IMG/VR virus record: IMGVR_UViG_3300044613_003659
Span: 43,597 to 107,596 of that record
DNA: 64,000 bases
Reading direction: 5' to 3' (one strand)
Source of the DNA: a virus
The position numbers and the translations under genes are program-made. The notes under the pieces were generated by a model that was not told the origin of the DNA, made no database searches, and saw only the letters and a program-made list of their open reading frames with translations. This document shows, piece by piece, positions 59,496-64,000 of this stretch (position 1 is the first letter of the stretch; every line of letters begins with the position of its first letter).

Positions 59496-60572
59496 TTATA
59501 ATCCGTATGTGGCTTTGGTAGCATTAAAATTTTGTAGCACTTGTGCAGCAGTAAGTTCTGCACCATAACACAACACTTGACCCACACGACCGTTTAATAA
59601 ATTACCTGTTACATAAGCTGCCACACTGGCTGTTCCGGTTCCTGGGTGTGCTGTTTTTTGAACTGTGTATGTGCTGTCCGGTGTGCCATTAATGTACAAG
59701 CTCATACCATTAGCAGTACTGAATGTCAGTGTTACATTATACCAGGTGTTTAAGTTTATAGTAGCAGTGGATGGGAAAGCAGTGAAACTGCCCCAATCAC
59801 TGTGTCCGCAATAGATTTTCTTGTCTACACTGGCCGCAGGACCCATATAGATAAAATGACCGTCGCCGCTGAATATGTTGTTGTCTTGATAGCCGTTTAG
59901 ATAGAACCAAGCTGACTTGGTGTATACAGTGTTAGGAACCACTCCGGTCGTGGCTCCATTGGCATATTGAGTAGTTCCGTTGAATGTAAAATAACTAGGA
60001 GTGCCAGAAGTATATGTTGGAGATCCTACCAAGGTCATGTTAGCTGCTGCACCGGCAAGGTCAGTCCAAGTGGTGCCTGTTCCTGGGTAGCTGTTGGAGT
60101 CATTTGGATCAAGATTTAATCTTAACCCGGAAACAACCACGCCTGAACCTGATATCCAGGGTCTGCCTAGTAGCAAGCCGTTTGGTTGCGGATTATCTAC
60201 AATGTTGTTTCCGCTGTATCTTGTAGGTAGTTCAGTAATGTCATATGTAGATCTTGGATTGCCGTCTGCTGCTCTATCTAGTTCGGATAAGTTCAGCTTG
60301 GCTCTTTGTTTTAATTCTTTTGTGGCCAACCTATCAATCACATTGGCTGTTCTTAGAGTTGCGTTTGAGTTAATACCATATGATGCTAGAGTAGCACCGC
60401 CGTTTGATAAAACACTATTATTATAAACCAATTCGTACCAAGTACTATCCCAATTGGCTATAGCATTAATGGCAGTCTTTACCTGTGTCACTGTGTTAGT
60501 GGTATCTACGCTGTAGTTATTATAAACCGCAGTGTTCAATAAACTTTGTACAGAAATAGTTATAGCTGCCAT
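59496..60572 (-). CDS. Ubiquitin-like domain fused to a LamG/concanavalin A-like domain
   Basis: N-terminal 75 aa aligns by eye to ubiquitin; C-terminus LDPNDSNSYPGTGTTWTDL...WYNVTLT...LYING...VLQNFNA. Confidence 0.75.
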   Translation of the reverse strand: MAAITISVQSLLNTAVYNNYSVDTTNTVTQVKTAINAIANWDSTWYELVYNNSVLSNGGATLASYGINSNATLRTANVIDRLATKELKQRAKLNLSELDRAADGNPRSTYDITELPTRYSGNNIVDNPQPNGLLLGRPWISGSGVVVSGLRLNLDPNDSNSYPGTGTTWTDLAGAAANMTLVGSPTYTSGTPSYFTFNGTTQYANGATTGVVPNTVYTKSAWFYLNGYQDNNIFSGDGHFIYMGPAASVDKKIYCGHSDWGSFTAFPSTATINLNTWYNVTLTFSTANGMSLYINGTPDSTYTVQKTAHPGTGTASVAAYVTGNLLNGRVGQVLCYGAELTAAQVLQNFNATKATYGL

Positions 60573-60574
60573 GG

Positions 60575-60874
60575 TTACATCCTTGCTTGGTAACCAGGAA
60601 ACATACTGGGCGCATTGGTTCTAATATCTGCAGGGTTTTTGCTATGGTGTACATCATCGCCGGCTGGAAATGCTGCTGTGACAGGAGCAACAACTTCGGC
60701 GGGTGCGTTAGCGTACTCGCCATCGTCGCAGTCCAAGATACCAGCTAGACGCTGCATGTCTGCTATTTGTTCTTGGGGCTCGGCTTCAATCGCTACTGCT
60801 ACTACAGGTTCGGCGGGCTGATCGGCATGATCAATGATGTCCAATACGCTGCGGATAATGTCTGTGATCTTCAT
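60575..60874 (-). CDS. Acidic hypothetical protein
   Basis: MKITDII start directly after TAAATA. Confidence 0.6.
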   Translation of the reverse strand: MKITDIIRSVLDIIDHADQPAEPVVAVAIEAEPQEQIADMQRLAGILDCDDGEYANAPAEVVAPVTAAFPAGDDVHHSKNPADIRTNAPSMFPGYQARM

Positions 60875-60938
60875 ACCTGTATTTAGCAAAAAGAAACCCG
60901 CCGAAGGCGGGCCAATGTGTTACAGGAGAAGAATGCAC

Positions 60939-61435
60939 CTACTGCATTACATAATTTTCAAGTTCAAAATAAGTATTACCACGAGACATACTTGCTTTAA
61001 TAATGTCTTCCCAATCGCCAGCCGCTTCGTTTCCAAATCTATTTTCGGCTGCTATTTCAATAGCGTCGACTAGAATTAACAATGCTTCACGGTACTCATT
61101 GTTTTCTATTGTGCTGATATTCTTACGCATGTAATCTACTAGAGCTTCCATTTGTTCTAAGTTTAAATCAGCTATTTGTATTTGATCCGATAAAATACTA
61201 TCAACTAGATTTTCTACATTCATTTTAGGCCTCTAACATAATTGATTAATTGAGTAGCTTCCGGAAAGCCTTCACGCTCTTTGATTTCTACCACTTTATC
61301 AATCATTTCCATGTTCATGGTATGTAGGGCGTCAAGTTGATGCTGGATGATCTGTCGCTTGCGACTCAGTCCTTGAGCATAGCGAATTTCTTGGCGTGCG
61401 CTGTTAAATGCATTGCTAAAGTCTTTGGGTTCCAT
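60939..61435 (-). other. Two small hypothetical genes (60939-61223, 61220-61435)
   Basis: Coupled ORFs followed by a terminator at about 60888-60912. Confidence 0.6.
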
Positions 61436-61436
61436 G

Positions 61437-62210
61437 TCATGCTCCTTTATAAACTACAGTTGTGTGATCAGTGGCCTTCATCAATCCTAGCAAAATAAAC
61501 AATCTAGCGTACCAGTATCCTAAATCAAATTCATACCATTTAATTGCAAAGTTTGATCTTCCTGGCCAATCATGATGATTAGCATGTAACTCTTCGCCAG
61601 TAAAAAATAATCCAATTGGAAATAAATTTTTTGAACGGTCGGCATTGTTAACTGCACTTCTCGATCTATAGCCAATTTTGTGAACAGCCCAATTTCCAAA
61701 TATTACGTACCCTTCGATTAATAAAAAATACAATACAGGAACGCTAACCAGACAAATAATCGGGCCAAACAAAAACAATATCAAAACATATTGCACAATG
61801 ATTCCATATTTTGGAAATTTTGCATAGATGTTTTTTTCAATCCAATCATCAAACAAAGGAACATTGGGAGCAAAATTTTTAACATCATCATCAGTTGTAT
61901 AATAAGGCCTACCAGGTTCATTATGATGATAATCAAACATCTGTAAAAAACTGTAATGGTATGGACTATGAGGGTCATCTGGTGTATCAGAATATTTGTG
62001 GTGTTTTCTATGTTGTGCTGCGTAGTGCCTATTCCACTGTGGCCACCAAAGTTTATTAGTCCATAACAAAAATCTGAATACATGATGCATAGTTTTTGAA
62101 AAGGTGAACATTTTATGAGCTATTCCTCTATGCAAGTACAGCGAATGCACCACTCCTCGGATATGCAATGCAACCAAACAATAAATTATAAAATAAATCC
62201 AATCATTCAT
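61437..62210 (-). CDS. Membrane fatty-acid desaturase (delta-9-like)
   Basis: His boxes HRGIAH, HRKHH and HANHH; DPHSP; WYEFDLG. Confidence 0.9.
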   Translation of the reverse strand: MNDWIYFIIYCLVALHIRGVVHSLYLHRGIAHKMFTFSKTMHHVFRFLLWTNKLWWPQWNRHYAAQHRKHHKYSDTPDDPHSPYHYSFLQMFDYHHNEPGRPYYTTDDDVKNFAPNVPLFDDWIEKNIYAKFPKYGIIVQYVLILFLFGPIICLVSVPVLYFLLIEGYVIFGNWAVHKIGYRSRSAVNNADRSKNLFPIGLFFTGEELHANHHDWPGRSNFAIKWYEFDLGYWYARLFILLGLMKATDHTTVVYKGA

Positions 62211-62368
62211 AATATTTTAATTATTAAAATTCTGCAAACAATGCTTGGGTCGACGACGAAATACTCGTTTGTTTTCTACTGTACGAGCCTTGAACGGACT
62301 ATCACGCTCAAATAGTACACGGTGTGCTCTTGTCTTTTGGTACAGTATTTTAACTATCTTTTTCATAG

Positions 62369-63211
62369 TCAGATATTTACTGCTTCTTTGTGTACCGCAA
62401 AGCGATACAATGCACTACACTCTAAAATAAACTGCGGTCCTACATCCATGCTTACATAATTTTCACCCTGCATGCCTTGTTCGCTGTAACTCAAATCAAG
62501 AATTGCATCCGGGCTAAATCCAAAATAATTTTCCATGCAAGTAAGGAACGAGTGCTTCCAACCCATGTCCGAATAGATCAAGCCGTCGTTATCAATGTCC
62601 CAATCGCCGATGTTAAAATAAGCCCGCAGTTCACCAAAGTCACCTTCTTCATTCACATAGGCCAATTCAACACGGGTGATGCGTACAGTTTTGATCTGTA
62701 TAGACCAGTATCCGTCGCCAGAAGTGCGGGTAACAAAATTTACTGGACGATCAAACATTACTTTGCCTCCAATTCTTGGATTTGCTTCCACAGTTTTTGA
62801 CGCTGGTAGTCAATGGCATGGTTAGTCATTTCGTCGTACTCGCCTGCCATCTCATCCAGATGCACTAGTTCTTCGTACAACTCATTAATAAGGTTTTGGT
62901 CAGCCATTGTGTTACCCTTTCATAGGAGCGACTGCACTACCGTCGCGATCCATAATGTAAGTGAACAAAACCCACTTGGCACGGTTCAATTGCTGTCGTG
63001 CATCTTCAGCACGGTTAAAATCAACTTCACCGTATTCGGTGTTGGTCATTTCTTGTGCATCGCTCATCATGCCAGCAACAACCATAGCAGGACCCGACAG
63101 TCGAAAAGTGATGCTAGACTCTACCGCTTCGCGCATTTGCGCTTCGGTACAACCATACATGCCTACTTCACGAATCTCTTGGGTAGTCAAACCTTGAAAT
63201 GCTGTTCTCAT
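62369..63211 (-). other. Small early-type hypothetical genes (62369-62791, 62912-63211)
   Basis: Downstream of promoter cassette copy 4. Confidence 0.6.
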
Positions 63212-63219
63212 TTGTTACG

Positions 63220-63274
63220 CTCCTTATTAATTACTATACAGTGATTATAGCAAAATGGACCTTTTTGGTCTACC
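63220..63274 (-). promoter_or_regulatory. Early promoter/leader cassette, copy 4
   Basis: TAGACC-N17-TATAAT...GTATAGTAATTAATAAGGAG. Confidence 0.8.
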
Positions 63275-63365
63275 AAAATTGTGTTGCTATTTTAGCAATG
63301 ATCATTGTCATCGTTATGGGCTAGATAAGCCCAAAAAATTATTAACAAAATAACAACAAACCAAA

Positions 63366-63593
63366 TCATAGCAATTTAATAACAAGTCCTACTGTGTAGA
63401 TTAGCAACAATGTTGCATTAATTGTAATAAGACTCCACTCACGCCATTTAATTGCAACAATGAGCCACAGTAGGGCGCCAAAGTTAAGCAAAGCAGGGCC
63501 CAACGGGTAAATGTTAATACTAGTGCAAATGGCTCCCGCAATAGTTACGAAAGTTGCAAGCCACTTAAGATAAAATGTCATGTCCTTTTTCAT
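63366..63593 (-). CDS. Small membrane protein
   Basis: Three hydrophobic segments. Confidence 0.65.
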   Translation of the reverse strand: MKKDMTFYLKWLATFVTIAGAICTSINIYPLGPALLNFGALLWLIVAIKWREWSLITINATLLLIYTVGLVIKLL

Positions 63594-63631
63594 GCTCTTA
63601 GTGTAGCAAAAAGGACCTTTATGAGCAACCG

Positions 63632-63856
63632 TTAATGAATTGTTAAGTCTTCGTTAAACTGTGCTAAATCAATAACACCCAACATCTTCATTATTTTGGC
63701 GATATTTTTTGGTGGTCGATCAGGCGGAAATTCTGGGATAAACGCAAACTTTAAATTTCCTTCGGCATCAAAGATAAACCCATAATCTTCTTCACCAATT
63801 TCTTCATCATAGTCTTGAACAGGATCTTCTACTGTTAGTTCTAGGCGTTTGCTCAT
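63632..63856 (-). CDS. Acidic hypothetical protein
   Basis: AGGAGG SD; TAAATA upstream. Confidence 0.65.
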   Translation of the reverse strand: MSKRLELTVEDPVQDYDEEIGEEDYGFIFDAEGNLKFAFIPEFPPDRPPKNIAKIMKMLGVIDLAQFNEDLTIH

Positions 63857-64000
63857 TACTGCCTCCTATTTGAAGTATTTATTGGATTACTTAAACAGGA
63901 TTAGAGCCATTAAACTTGCTTGTATAACGAATCCTAGACCAATAGTAGAAATATTGAGTAAATCTTTTAGAATAATAGCTCGACCAAACAACAGCACTAA

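Overview
AT-rich, densely packed, mostly minus-strand segment of a large (jumbo or T4-like) dsDNA phage, probably aquatic. The host is probably betaproteobacterial, inferred from the PqqA, tmRNA tag, PstS/porin and GroEL sequences. Standard genetic code. From left to right: part of a tRNA array with interspersed structured RNAs; pqqA; rubrerythrin/DUF3501; a PHP-less DnaE-like polymerase; pstS plus phosphate porin; a permuted two-piece tmRNA; a ParB-like/MutH-like module; early genes behind repeated sigma70 promoter cassettes; Rieske oxygenase; B12 radical SAM; tail-collar fibre; a cluster of enzymes sharing an MRxxEFxxE N-terminus (probable capsid-packaged proteins); lipoproteins; UvsE; an array of small paralogues; a sugar-dehydrogenase/amidinotransferase module; PBP7-like peptidase; clpS-hsp20-dnaK-groEL-groES-rpsU; a ubiquitin-like/LamG fusion; and a fatty-acid desaturase. 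The best candidate for a new system is at 2830-3048. A 39-codon leader ORF contains all 20 amino acids in its first 29 codons and overlaps a terminator/antiterminator switch directly upstream of the tRNA/ncRNA array. This looks like a pan-tRNA-sensing attenuator. All calls come from reading the sequence by eye; no searches or folding programs were run.
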